Source of the DNA: Entomortierella parvispora E1425
Lineage: Eukaryota > Fungi > Mortierellomycota
Length of the DNA: 64,000 nt
Direction of reading: 5' to 3'
NCBI GenBank assembly: GCA_020891255.1
Contig: BQFW01000006.1
Span: forward strand, 1,364,001-1,428,000
The notes beneath the pieces were generated by a model that was given only the letters and a program-made list of their open reading frames with translations, had not been told where the DNA came from and did no database searches. This document shows positions 23,665 to 36,493 of this stretch, piece after piece (position 1 is the first letter of the stretch; every line of letters starts with the position of its first letter). The position numbers and the translations under genes were made by a program.

Positions 23665-25047
23665 CTTACCCAGAGTTCAAAAGAATCTGACCGACGAAGG
23701 CAGAGACACCAAGAGTGAGAACGCCGGTCCACATCAAGTTTCCCTCGGGAGCAACATAACCACCCTGCATCACATAGAGGCCGGCAGCACTGACGAAACA
23801 GCTGACGACTCCAAAGTAGGTGACATGCTGCATTGAGTGAGCTCCTTGCTTTCCAATCTTGCGCACCAGCACGTATGCCTAAAAGAAATGGGCAAGGGAG
23901 GGAGAGAGATGTAAGAAACAAAGTGCGTCAGATGGTTGACCCTTCGGAGCAAGTTTTCCATTGTTGACTATTTTTGTTCCTGTCTGTTGTCGTCCGTTTC
24001 GTTAGTCTGTCCACATGTTCCCCTCCCCAATCCCTTTGTTTATGTTTTTCGCACGAGGGTCACAACCATCGCTCCGTCCGAGAGATCGTGCGAACAAATG
24101 ACACAAGAATTAGAGTTCTCCACAGTCCTTCCGGGTGATCTTGACAACATTTTTGTAATTTTTGTCGACCAACTTTTATGTCCATCGAAGTGAACCCCCT
24201 CCACCTCCACCTCCTGCTGCTGCTGCTGCTGCTGATATCCTGTGTCGCTAGGGTCTTCTTTTTTCGTTCGCAATGAAAAAGGGGGAGCAACTTTGCACTC
24301 TTTTTACTGCTTTCTCAGCCCAATCGGACTTACCACGGCCGAGCACATGGCTCCACACAACGCCGAGAGAGCTCCAAAGAGTCGGCGATGATCTTCCTCT
24401 TGTCTCTGAAGCAAGGCCATCATCAGAGATCCTTCTCCACCCTCGATACCCCCTGACGGAGGAGAAGAGATGGGGGAAGGAGGGAACAGGACCGAGGGCT
24501 TGGCGACCAAAACCACACCGACCATCGAGATGGAGGAGGCCAGGGCATCCAAAGGTGTGAAGGGTTCCTTGAGCACGATCCTGGCCAAGATGGCCGTGAA
24601 GACGGGTCCTAAGAAGAAGATGACGGTCGCATCGGCCAAGGGCAAGACACTAAGGGCATAAAAGAAAAAGCCGAGACCACAGGAGCCAGCAAAGCCTCGA
24701 CAGAACAACAGGAACCGGACTCCCTTCTGACCAAAAGGAGAAATGTTCAAATAGCGACAGGCCACAACACCGAGCACTGTTTGGATGACGCCTCGGAAGA
24801 AGACAATTTCAAAGGAAGGAAGGGATTTAGCGGTGAGGGAGACAAGGAGGGACATGAAGCTAAAGAAGAAGGCTGACAGGGTCATGTAGATCAATCCTTT
24901 GGTCTCTTGGTGCCTTTGATCTGCAGTGAGAGCAACTGCTGCTGCTGGCTGCGCTGAGGAAGCCACAGGAGTGGTGTTGTAGGGGACTCCGGCCGTGGCG
25001 GATGTGCCATGGTGCAGCAGTGGGCTTGTCTCCTGGTGGTTCGTCAT
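23314..25047 (-). CDS. Drug/metabolite transporter (EamA domain, SLC35G-like)
   Basis: Multi-exon gene. GLIYMTLSAFFFSFMSLLV, FEIVFFRG, LPLADATVIFFLGPVFTAILARIVLKEP, AYVLVRKIG and FVGQILLNSG. Donors at 24333 and about 23668. Confidence 0.88.
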
Positions 25048-25677
25048 CCTAGTAAGCAGTGTCTAGGCTGGACGGCAGGAATGAAGAGATGAGGATGAAG
25101 GATGGAGAGAAACTCAACAGCGCTTTGCCCTTTTTTTTTGGTGCTGAGTGAGAAATCCGAAAGGGTCATGTGATCGGTTGTGCCTGTGGGCGTAGACCAT
25201 AGACCAGAGAGCTAGCCTAGGGAGGCACCGCTGGTTGCCCTTGCCTGCAACACAAGAACTGCTCGTCTTTGCTAAAGTGCCTTTGTCAGCTCAGTGAGTC
25301 CGTTCTGCGCCTCCATTTGCCTCGATATCCGTGCTCAATTGACCGTCGCACAGCATCGTGGCTCCACCCCTTTCCTTCCAGCCGGAAGACGTGGCCTTGG
25401 GTGAATGAAATCCGAGGGGGACTGCACTGCAGCCCATAATCAGAAAGAGAGATGAGAGCATTTCGCCCACCCCCCATCCCCCGCTGCTCTCTGTTTTCCT
25501 GCTCAGCTGGCGTCAACAGCAACGGCTACAGCATGTCAAACCAGAGAGGCCTGGGTTCGGTGGCAAAGAAAAGGGTAAGAACAGTGCGAGAGCATCCTTC
25601 GGCTGATCAAGAGAACAGCGAAAAGAAGGTGCCAGCACAGGGGTCGACCACGAGAACGAGAGACGAGGGCGAGAGCA

Positions 25678-25684
25678 TATAAAG
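25678..25684 (+). promoter_or_regulatory. Putative TATA box of the transglutaminase-like gene
   Basis: TATAAAG followed by a pyrimidine-rich tract, about 285 nt upstream of ATG 25966. Confidence 0.4.
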
Positions 25685-25965
25685 ACTGCCTCACTTCCCC
25701 TCATCTCCCCTTCATTCTCATCACTGCCATTCCTTCTCCGTCCTTCATATATCGTAATATTAATTTGCTTCTCATTGTTGCATAATAGCTTGTTCCAGAC
25801 GTAAAACGTTGTCACACGCCACGTCAAGCCCACTTCCTCCGCCTGCGCCCAACACCCATTGCGTCTTTTTTTATTCTTCTCGACATTCTCCTCCATTCCT
25901 CCATTCCATCCGCATTGCCTCTCTTTCTTCCTTTCTGCTTGCCTGCTCTCCTTCATTAATATACC

Positions 25966-27557
25966 ATGAGCTACAGTGTCCCAAGGCCAGCCCCAAGGGC
26001 CACTACTATGTACGAGTCCTCCTCTTCAACTCCTGTACCGGCCCCGCGTCCCAAAAGCGAAGCTTTCTCTCCTCCACGACGCACCTTGCCTCCACCACCG
26101 GTGCCATCCATTCCAGATACCACATCATCGGCCCCAGCGCCACCAAGACGCCCCATCCCGAATGCTCCTGAACAATCACCAACTCACAAGCTGGCTGTAC
26201 CTCCAAAGAGGACGCTGCCACCTCCGCCTACTCCTCCTACTACTCCGCCTTCCTCTGCCAGCGATGCTCCGCGCCGATCAACAAGCTCGGTTCCCGCCGC
26301 CAGGACGACCACAGCCACAACTACTGCCCCGGATCGATCCATGCCTTCCCCCCCACTGGCTGCATCTCGTCCGTCACCAGCACCGCGTCCCGCAAGCACC
26401 TATAGTCTTGGGAGAGCAACATCTCGACCACCTTCAGTTGCTTCTCTCACCCTACCTGAACGCCCAGAGTCACCTCCACCAATGCCCAAGCTTGCCGTTC
26501 CACCACGGAGGCCAGTGTCTCTCGTGCCATCTGCTCACACAACGACGACAGAAACTGCTCCAGAGACTTCTGAAGACTCTGTCCCAGAGCTGGTCAAGAG
26601 GCCATTTTCTTCTGTCAGAGCGATGGCAGAGTCCTTGGAGGCACCGGTCCCGGGTACCGAACCTCCAGGACGCGGTCTGCCTTCTTCTGCTATCAAGGTC
26701 ATGCTCGATCCTACAGATCGATCTCCACCCATTCGTCCGGTCCCCGCCCCGGGTGCTCCTCCACCAACACCACCCACCAGGCAGCGATCTACAACGGTTC
26801 CTTGGAAGCAAAAGGCACTGGAGGCAAAAGCATTGGAGCCGATCCCGGAACCAATCCTGACCCCGACAAGAAGAGTACCACCACCCCCTCCTAGGTCATC
26901 AACATTGCCCTGGAAGACAAAAGTCGAGCCTTCTGAGCCACCCACTCCCAAACCAGCACCTGCGCCTCTTCCAGCGCGTATGCCCCCTCCAGTGCATGCG
27001 CCTCTAGTCCCAGTGACCGAAGAGCCTCAACAGACAGAGCCGTCGGCACCAGCCAAGCCAAGGAGGTTTCCAACGGTTCCTCTGCCACGAGCAGAGCCAG
27101 TCGTACAGCCACCAGCTCTCCCCTCTCGTCCAGCTCTCCCAGCAAGGCCGTCAGCTCCAGTGCATGAACGCCAGCCTTCTCCAGAGAGGCCAAGCCTTCC
27201 TGCCAGACCAGGCCTTCCTCAACGACCGGCTCTTCCTCAGACCCAAAGACCCCCAGCGCTGCCAAAAACGGAACGGCCACCACTCCCACAGTCTGACCGA
27301 CCATCTCTTCCTCAACGCCCGACGCTGCCTGCCAGATCGCAGACTGTGTAAGTACATCGGTTACATAAAGTACCATTAATCCATGTGTGTCAGATGCAAC
27401 AGAAATTTACTTCGTGCCCCTTTGTTTGCATTTATTCTTTTCCATTAGGCCGGCATTGCTTCCTTCATCCACTGATGATCCTGAGGCATATGTGGCCCTC
27501 AAGTAAGTCTCAGACAACTGAACTGTCTAACAAATAATTTGATCCGCAATTCATTGA

Positions 27558-27592
<35 letters not shown>

Positions 27593-28955
27593 CACTCGTT
27601 ACAGGAAGCATGCCCCAGCAGTGACACGGGAATTCAACGGAGAGCGGTTGGACTTGAAACACGTCGACTTTTCGTATATCGATGAACATGCCCGAGCATG
27701 TCCGCCCTCGGAAGAGGAAAGCATTGCACGACTCTCTTACTATCTCACATCTCCTTTCCCTGGGGATCAGGTAGCGCAGCTGAGAAGTATCTTTGCCTGG
27801 ATCTGCTTCAACATTACGTACGACTTTCATGCCGCCTATGGTGGAGGTGTTCGTGGAGACCAAAGAGCGGAGGGAGTATTAAGGTCGAAGACATCTGTCT
27901 GCGAAGGATACTCGAACCTCTTTTTCGCGTTGTCGGAGCAGCAAGGCCTAGGTGTTTCAAAGGTGAACGGAGATGCCAAAGGAATGGGATATAAGCAGGA
28001 AAGCGGCAAGCTTGGAGAGGGACATGCCTGGAACAGAGTAACAATTAATGGAGAGCATCTTTTGATTGACTCGACTTGGGGAGGAGCCATGAACAACGTT
28101 CCCGGTCAAGAAATCAAAGCCATTTCCGAAAAGAAGATCATCAATGGGTACTTTTTGGCGCGACCCCATCGGATGATCTACACCCATTGGCCGACCAACA
28201 AAAACGACCAATGTCTTGACCCGCCTTTGCCCGAGACGATCTACCGACAGCTGCCGACTCGGAAAATCGGCTCTTGGGCGGCTGGTGTTAACCTATATGG
28301 TTATTCGTTCAACCACTCCCTTTACACGGACGATGATTACTTTGAGGTCCAACTCCGAGCTAAGAAGCTCCCTTGGGCAATTGCACCTTCTCGACTCTGT
28401 GTCAAGCTGAAATGGAATAGCGAAGAAAAACCCGTCAGTGCAATCTGGACAAAGGAGGATGAGAAGTACCACTATTTGACTGTAAAGACGTTCTGTCCGT
28501 CGGCTGGAGCTGGAGAGTTGATGGTCTATGGAGGTCCCTACGATCCCAACACCGAGAACCAAAGATTCGATAATATTGCCTCGATCCGAGTTGTGAACTC
28601 TGGCACGGGCGCCAATTATGGAGAGCCAATCACCCCGTATGGGGCCCCAGGATTCACGCATTCGATCGCAGAGCCTATCAAGGGCCCTCTCCAGGCAGGT
28701 GTCCCGCAGAAAGTGTGCGTCCATATTTACCATGTTCAGGACGGTGTTGCTAGACCCTCCCAGCTGATGTTTTATAACGCCGAGGACCTGCCAGTGATGC
28801 GTCGAGATGGTACTTGCGGAAGACCAGAAGATGTCATTCCCCAGACAGGACCCTATACCTATGAGACTGAGCGCGCCTTCCATCCAGGCAAATACTGCAT
28901 ATCGGTGTGGACCGGGCAGAGTTTTGTCTTTTTGGGTGCCTTTGAAGTTGTGTGA
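25966..28955 (+). CDS. Transglutaminase-like (kyphoscoliosis peptidase/Cyk3-related) protein with ~470-aa Pro-rich N-terminus
   Basis: Exons 25966-27347, 27449-27502 and 27605-28955 join in frame. Motifs RSIFAWICFNITYD, VCEGYSNLF, GHAWN, LIDSTWG and YFLARPHRMIYTHWP. Confidence 0.85.
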
Positions 28956-29028
28956 AAACCAACGTTCTGCAGACCTCACCAACATAATGATAATAAACAA
29001 TTAGGATATGAAACATTGGTAAAGTTGT

Positions 29029-29628
29029 TTATTTTTGTTGTTTATCTTTCTTAACTTGAGGCGGCTTGCTATCTTTCTTAATTTTAGGCGGCTTGCTACT
29101 CTCATCAGCTGGAAAGAGATCGTGAACTTTGAGAGCGGGCTAAAGGATCGTCCAGAGGCAAAACACAACACGAAAAGATGCCGTAGATTTAATTAATTTA
29201 CGAAGTAGTGTGTCGATGTTCAAAAACTGAAGGGTGCAGTCGCTGATGAAAGATAGAGTAGTAAGAGACAGTGCACTTACCTCGCCAATGATGGCTTTTC
29301 CTTGGGCCCAATCGACGAGCAAAGGTTTCTTGAAGAGCAAAGGATTTCTTGCCAAGATCGCCTGCACCTCTTCTACTGTCGACGCTTTTGGAGCGTCCTC
29401 AGTCAGGATGAGTTTACAACCTGTGGGGATGTCGCCTGGAGCGAGAAGGTGAACTATCCGTGCAATGATTTCAGGCTCTGGAGGGTTCTTTTTATCTTGG
29501 ATGAGATCGACATTGTACTTTTTCAAGTTGGAGACGTGTTTTAAAATCTTGAGGGCGTGCTTGGACGCTGTGAGAGTAGGATCGTGAAAGATTGTGATGG
29601 AAGGGATCTTTCGGATACGTATATGCAT
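29029..29628 (-). CDS. Thioredoxin/ArsC-fold putative redox protein (DUF1687, Fmp46-like)
   Basis: Exons 29628-29281 and 29139-29029. ITIFHDPTLTASKHALKIL and NPLLFKKPLLVDWAQGKAIIG match the DUF1687/ArsC-like pattern. Confidence 0.72.
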
Positions 29629-30531
29629 GGTTAGAGAGGGTGAGGGTGTAAATGGGGCTGTAAGGCGGTTTCTCAAAGTCGTGAAGGAATTGGCAATGCA
29701 ATGTGAAATGACGAGAATGTATGGCTGTCAGGGAACCGAAAAAAAGTGACTTTGTTTTTGACAATGGACTTTTGGGGCTTCCGCATCGGGCTAAGTCGCT
29801 GCACGCTCGGGCCACAGGGGCAGGGGGAGCAATTGTGAGAGGAGAGAGGCCAGAGAGGCTTGATCTGTTCGATCAAGCTCCAGCTTGCATGGCACGGGAG
29901 ATCAAGGTGTTGCTTGCAGGGTGAACAAGAGACCAGGTGTAACAACAGCATATGGCGATGGCACGTTGCTTGCCGCGGAGAGGAGTGAGGATCGATCAGA
30001 GTGAGGTCCCAGACCTGGCTGGCACATGAAACGAAACGCTAATAGACCATCATAGAGGAGTTGTATGAATATGAATGAAGGAAGGCTCTCTTAGTGTTCC
30101 GTCTGGTGGGCATGCTGTCCTTGAGAGCACTCTCCCAGGGGAGAGAGAACCAGAGGGATGCATGGCCAGGTCCATGGCTGCCCCCCATTGCGATTCTCAA
30201 ACCTCTCTCCCCTCTCTTCTTTCTCTTACTCCTCCTCTGTGTCAGCAACCACGACAGCAACACAAACAACAATATCCTCCGCAACGGCCTCGCTCCCGGT
30301 CACGCCTCTCCTCCGCCCCTTTTTTTGTCGTTCGTCGACGTATTTATAACAGAAGGTCCATTAGGGTCCCTCATTCGTAACCCCATCCTTGCTTTCTTCC
30401 ATCCTTCTTCACAATCCTCACACTTTTGCACTCATTATACCCGCCTCTCCTGAGTCTGCACTTCTATTCCCCATCATCTTCATCATCTTAACGTACGATC
30501 CCGCGTACTGTCTGTCGCTCCTGACCCAGCC

Positions 30532-33500
30532 ATGAGCCTCGATTCCTCCGAAAGCGACAACGTCATGGTCAGCATCAGTGCTGTCGGTACTGTTCTGGAT
30601 ACCTCAACGGCCGGCGCTGGCAAGGACAGCCACCAGAACACTGGCGCTTCCAACGGTACCGCTGATGCCAGCAGTGAACAACTCAAGTCCAAGGTCTCCA
30701 CTTCGTCTATCTCTGCTACCGCCCACGACTTGTCTTCTGGGACCATTGCCACGACAACGACCGCAGAGAACCTTCCACCGAAGCCATCTATTGTGCTCTT
30801 GCCTCCTGTTGAGATTGAAGAGCGACCCAGAGTTGAGCCGGGCTTTGACAAGGACAACGTTTCTCCTGGCTCAGCTAAAAAAGTCTCGTCCTTGAGAAAG
30901 TTGCCTGCAGCACCTGCAGCAGTAAAGGGACTCAGACCTACTACATCCACAACCACAGCAGTAAGGAAACCTTTGTCAACATCCACTGGCAGGGCTGCAG
31001 GTGCAAGCGCCACATCTTCCACCACAGCAGGGTCTGCCTCTCGTCTTAAACCTGCGACCTCATCTCTTACAAAGACCTCGACGACGACCACTAAGGCACG
31101 TCCCCCCATCCCACCTACTTTAAGAAGTGCAGCTACAAGCACCGCTTCATCCACCACATCCGCCACCCGTGCCACTTCATCTACTCTTGCCTCGCGATCG
31201 ACTTCTGCTGCATCCTCTACTGCTACATCCCGCACTTTGACCCCGTCATCCAGCTCATCTTCTCTTCGCAAATCGCCTTCAACGCCGTCTCTTTCAGGCT
31301 CTTCCACGACAGCATCAGCATCTATCCGCAACTCGACAGCTTCCGGACGCCGAGTTGCCTCAACTCCTGGCCTATCCTCTAGCAGCAGCCCATCGTCTAC
31401 ACCAGGAGCTACACGATCGCCAAGCCGTGCCTCCATTGCATCGTCAGGAGTCTCACCTTCCAGCACACTTGCACGTCGACCCATTGGTACAAGCACGACC
31501 ACATCCATTGTTGCGAGTCGCAAGCCGGTTACTGCTGGAAGTACGGTTCCGGCGACACGCAAGACACCTGTTAGCTCCGCCAACCCCTCACCCAACTCGA
31601 CCCTCCGACTGTCGTCGAGTACGTCGTCCTTGACAAAAACACCCACCCGACCTACCGCAGCCTCTGCAACGTCGACCACACCCACGCCCATTCGCAAAAC
31701 ACTTGGTAGTAGCACGACCTCGACTGCTCGCACTGCCGGTACCGCACCTGTTCGACCTATGACGGATGCCACAAAAGTGAAAATGCTCAGCACTCAACTC
31801 ACTGGACTTCAAGAGAAGGTACGTTCTTTGTTTCTTTTTATATTTTGGCCAGCACAGGAATGAAAGAATTCTATAGTTGACTATCATAAATGCAGTGGAA
31901 TTGGGACAAGTGACTTTTTTTATAAGTGCATTCCTCCTTTCGATCTTGCTGCCCTGCTGACGACGTTTTTTTTATCCATATCTCTTTGTTCTGCTTCCAA
32001 TTCTCTATTAGCACGACCAAACGCTAAGACTCTTGCAGGAACAAGAAGAACGATTAAAGAAGGAACTCGAAGACCTCTCGACTGCACCGGAACATGAGCG
32101 GAAGCCCATTCCGTCAGATACCCAGGATGTGCTCCAAGAGATGGAAGATCTCAGGAGACAGTTCCATGAAGCCAATACCCAGCATGAAAAGGCAATCGAG
32201 GACTTGAAAGCAGAGCACGAGCGTCAGTTGAAAGAGATCAAGGATGGTCACGAAGCCTTGTTGCTCGCCTTGATGACAGAGAAGGACACTGCTTCTAAAG
32301 AGCTGCAGGTATGAAAACTTTGTTTTGAACTACACTTTATGCTTGCCCATGGTGCGATAGATGAGATGATTGTTTTAACTCACCCCTCTTTTTCCTCACC
32401 CACTGTGTAGACTGTGCGCGACTCACACGATCTTTTTGAACGTGAACGGAACGAAAAGATCAAGAAGATGGAAGAGCAGGTCAAGACGGCTGAACAGAAT
32501 TTGTCTGAGGCTGTTGCTCAGCATGCTGTAGCTATTCAAGGAACGACCACTGACCTGGAGGCTGCATGGGCCGCAAAGTTGGAGGTTCGCATCCAGGAAC
32601 TCTCAGTGGAGCATGCAGAGGCGCTTCAAGCAGCTGAGAAGCAGCTGCAGTTGGCTGAAGAGGCCAATGTTATCGAGATCCAGGCCCTCAAGGACGAGCT
32701 TGCTCAGCAGTTGAAGGATTTGGAGGACGAAAATGAATCTCGAGTTCTGGATTTGATCTCCAAGCACGAATCTGAGATTCAGGAATGGAAGGACAAACTG
32801 TCGAATCAGGCCGAAACACACGAGGAGACTCTGCAGGCAAACGCCGATTTGAAGACCAAGTTGGATGAGGCCGGGCATTCTCTTCAGTCAGCCCAGGAAG
32901 CAGAAGTACTCGCTCGACAGGAATTGGACGAGCAACTTCGTCAGGTTCGGGAGGAGATGGAGAAGATTCAACAACTCCTCTCTGCCAAGGAAGCTGAGAC
33001 AGCAGAGCTGGAGCGCCGTGTCCAAGAACTATCGGATGATCTCGAAAATTCATCTATCAGCGCCATGTTGAAGAACACCAAGAAATACAAGGTCAAGCTG
33101 GTGCAAATCTACGGATCCAGTGTCAGTGGCAACCTTCAGGTAATTGAATTTCAAAAGGATCGCATTTGCCAGAATCCAAAACAAGGGGAAAATAGGAGAC
33201 CAGCTGTGCTGACATCTTCTTGAACTGCTACCGTTGTTGTAGATCAAACGTTCTCAGCAGTCTATTAGCGATGCCTTGCAGCAGCTCGAGATTGAGTACG
33301 AGTTCGTGGATGTTGCTGCATCTGAGGAGGTCAAGTCCTACATGAAGCGCAAGAGTCGAGGCGAGACTGCTCTTCCTCAGATCTTTGCAGGGGGCGAATA
33401 TAGAGGCACCTATGAGGATTTCGATTACGCCATTGAGACTCATCAGTTGACTCAATTCTTGGGCTTTGATCGCCAGCGAGGTTTTGTGCCACGTCCAAAG

Positions 33501-33917
33501 CCAGACCAACAGGAGAGTAAGGACTCCAACAGGAATCTGGCGCTGGCTCAGGCGGGTGAAGATGCTGATCCAGGATCAGGCCACACAAATGGCAAGGGCA
33601 ACCATAATGGTCACCTAGGTGGCCGCGACACAGCCACGTCCTTGTACTTGCTTCCCTCTGGTCCACAGCGATTCCATTCTCAAAACTCGTTGGCATCTAA
33701 CACATCTTCGCGTCTGGGGTCCACAAAGAGACCTGGATTTGTTCAATCGGCGAGCCAAGCTTGGGACGGTGCTTTGAAGGAGGATCTGTCACAGGCGAAG
33801 CATGACCTATTCAACGTGAGCGTTGAGGCGGATGATGAAGAGCTGGAGGAATTATTTGAGCAGGGCGCAGTCTCTGAAGCTGATCTGGAGGCCATGCTCG
33901 CAGACCAGGACCAGTGA
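30532..33917 (+). CDS. Ser/Thr-rich plus coiled-coil protein with a C-terminal SH3BGR/glutaredoxin-like domain
   Basis: Exons 30532-31818, 32012-32308, 32411-33139 and 33243-33917 all in phase. C-terminal VQIYGSSVSGNLQIKRSQQSISDALQQLEIEYEFVDVAASEEVKSYMK...LPQIFAGGEYRGTYEDF is SH3BGR-like. Confidence 0.82.
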
Positions 33918-34222
33918 GCGAAGAATCACCTTTATGAATTTAATGAAACCAAAATGAAAAACCCTGTAAATTGAAATTTGTTTATTTCAACCTTGTTAAA
34001 ATAAAATGCTCTCGCTTGCATGCATTTGCATGCTCGCCATCACTTTCGCGTCATCACTTGACATCCAACCAACCTCAAGACACAACAGCATCGGCTGACA
34101 AACATAAACGAAGAACGGACGGACGTTGCATTCACAGAAGTCTCAACAGAGCATCAAGAGTTAGCAACAGATACCCCACACCTCTAATAGGACCTTTGCA
34201 TTCATTCATTCGGACGCGCATC

Positions 34223-36000
34223 ATGCCAGACCTGACCAATGTCTTTCGGTCGACAGTTCAGGAGTTGAGTCAAGAATCGGGTTCCTTTTCAGGAATCTCT
34301 AGTCCTAAAGGTGCAACTGCAAATAAGCCAGTCAACAAACAACCGGACCCTTGGCTGAAGGAGGCTCATCAAATCGTATGTTGTCGAACCTGTGCTTGAA
34401 CAAGCAGTGTTTTATTTCTTCTTTTCTCCGGGACCCAGGCACTCATGAAGTAAGGACTCGTTTTCATCAATAGTCAAGGACCATGGCTGACCTGAGAGCA
34501 TTTATCATAACGACTCGGCCTGCTTACCTCAACCTGACCCGTGGATCAGGAGGCTTGTCTGGATCGATGAGGGCACCCCGACGATCTGACTCGATCCCCA
34601 AGGGTTCCTCGTCATCAGCTTCTTCAAAAGCTCTTCAGGAACTACTGGAGACCGTGTCGGCTCTGACATCCTTATCGGACAAGGACCGGGATAGTATCGA
34701 TACCCAGGCCAAAGTGATGATGCAGCAGATCAAGGGCGCGATTGAGGAACTTGAGTCGTCGGAACAGGAGCGCAGGAGGCGGCAACAAATAGAGCGAAGC
34801 GGAGGAAATGCGGCCGTGGCAGGATTCAATCAGCTGTTGGCGGCAGCGAATATGGGGTCAGCGCTGGGACCCGTGGACAATTTGGCGCAACATCGCCAAG
34901 GAGTCACGCTCTACTTGAATGAGCGATTGGCGAGCTTGGCGACTTTACACAAGGATCAGTACGAGACCAGGATAGCTCGCGAGATGGAAAAACGAGAGAG
35001 GTAAGAGAAAGGATTGTATTGAGGTAGAGAATATAAACAAAATAACTGTATTATTCAGTATCTAAGGTCGTGGCCGGAATCTCTTTTAGCTCATTGTTTA
35101 AAGCATTGCCGAAACCAAAGACTGGATCGAATGGATTTGGGATGCAGCGCGTTGACTCTAATTCATCGCTCGCCTCATCGACGTCAGGGATGCACAGGCG
35201 TAATAATCCCAGGTCTGTGTTGGACGATATGAGCTCTGGACCGATAAACCGGATGAACACTTCCTCTCCGACTCCTTCATTTGGCGGCTCATCCTCAGCA
35301 GCTGGAACTATTGGATCTAGTCGGTTCGAACCCTCGACTGGCATCTCATCCTCTCAGTACTATCATCAGCAAGACTATGGCAACGGGGGAGGATTTGTGG
35401 ATACGGAAGATGACTTTGAGCAAAGCTTGACTGCTCAAGAGAGACAGATGCTGGAAATGGAGAATGTGGATATTGTGCAAAAACTGGAGACGGAATTAAA
35501 CCAAGTCCGGTATGTTGCTTTTGTTCTTGCTCTTAATCCTTTATCGACACGAATCACCTAGGCTGCGATATCCAGCCAACAATGTAATAGAATCCCGGCT
35601 GACTCTGGTGATGTGGGGGCGTCTTTTTTTTTCAAATGTTAGACAATTGGAGTCATCCATGCTGGAACTGTCATCGCTACATTCGACAATCCAGGAACAT
35701 CTTGAAATACAGACGGCACAGACGAACCGATTGCACGAGGAGGCTCAAACAGCAACCAATTTTATTGATGCCGGTAATGATCAGCTACTCAAGGCTGGAA
35801 AACGGAACAACAGCACGCGCAAGTGGATCCTATTCTTTTTGATCCTAGCCAGGTAAGAGGGCTGATTACGACCTCTATTATATTTTTCTTGCTTATTGTC
35901 AATTCCGAGCAAGATTGCTAACGCCTGTTCCTTTTTGATTGAAAAAAAAAAAAAAAAAAAAAAAAGTTTCGTGTTGCTGTTCTTGGATTGGTACGACTAG
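34223..36000 (+). CDS. UFE1: ER t-SNARE syntaxin-18/Ufe1
   Basis: MPDLTNVFRSTV, DPWLKEAHQI, LSDKDRDSID, QHRQGVTLYLNERL, SNARE motif LTAQERQMLEMEN...ELSSLHSTIQEHL...GNDQLLKA and C-terminal TM WILFFLILASFVLLFLDWYD. Five exons. Confidence 0.9.
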
Positions 36001-36493
36001 AAAACACCAGAGTTCGGATTGTCACCCGCTATGGTTGCTACAACAACTTCATGACACGCCCAAACCACCTAGCGACGCTTTTAAAAATACCTTTCGCGGC
36101 TTAATGACTATTAAAAATCGCCAGTATTGGATACAACAATAATTTTCTCTAGGTTTCGTTCAAAAGATGTGAGGGGCTTTCGGGACCGAGGCAGGACCAG
36201 GGCTGAGGCAGGATCGAGACAGAATCGGGCTCGCAGAGGAATCTGCTATTGGTTACAAAAGAGAAGTCAAACCAGTATGCTGCTCAGGGGTTGGCCTCTG
36301 TTTGTCTGCTTATGAACTTTGTGGTGGCAAAAGAGAAGGCGTGAACCCTCGGTGGCAACCTGGGTTGCTGAGCCCAACATTGCATTTGGAATTTTCTGTC
36401 CTTCGCCCTGTCCACCCACTCCCCCTCATCTCTTCTTTTTTCTTCTCATCCCTCATCTCTCACCTCTCTCATCTCCTCATTCACCGTTCAAAA

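Noticed and set aside
24040-24273. Intronic ORF with CVICSHDLSDGAMVVTL resembling the start of a RING-H2 finger, near an ACTAAC at 24006-24001
   Set aside because: The remaining RING ligands (CxH, H, CxxC) are absent in all frames I checked, and the transporter exons join well without it. Likely coincidence.
30483-31793. 436-aa minus-strand Val/Ala-rich ORF
   Set aside because: Antisense of the Ser/Thr-rich exon 1 of the coiled-coil/SH3BGR gene; a low-complexity mirror.
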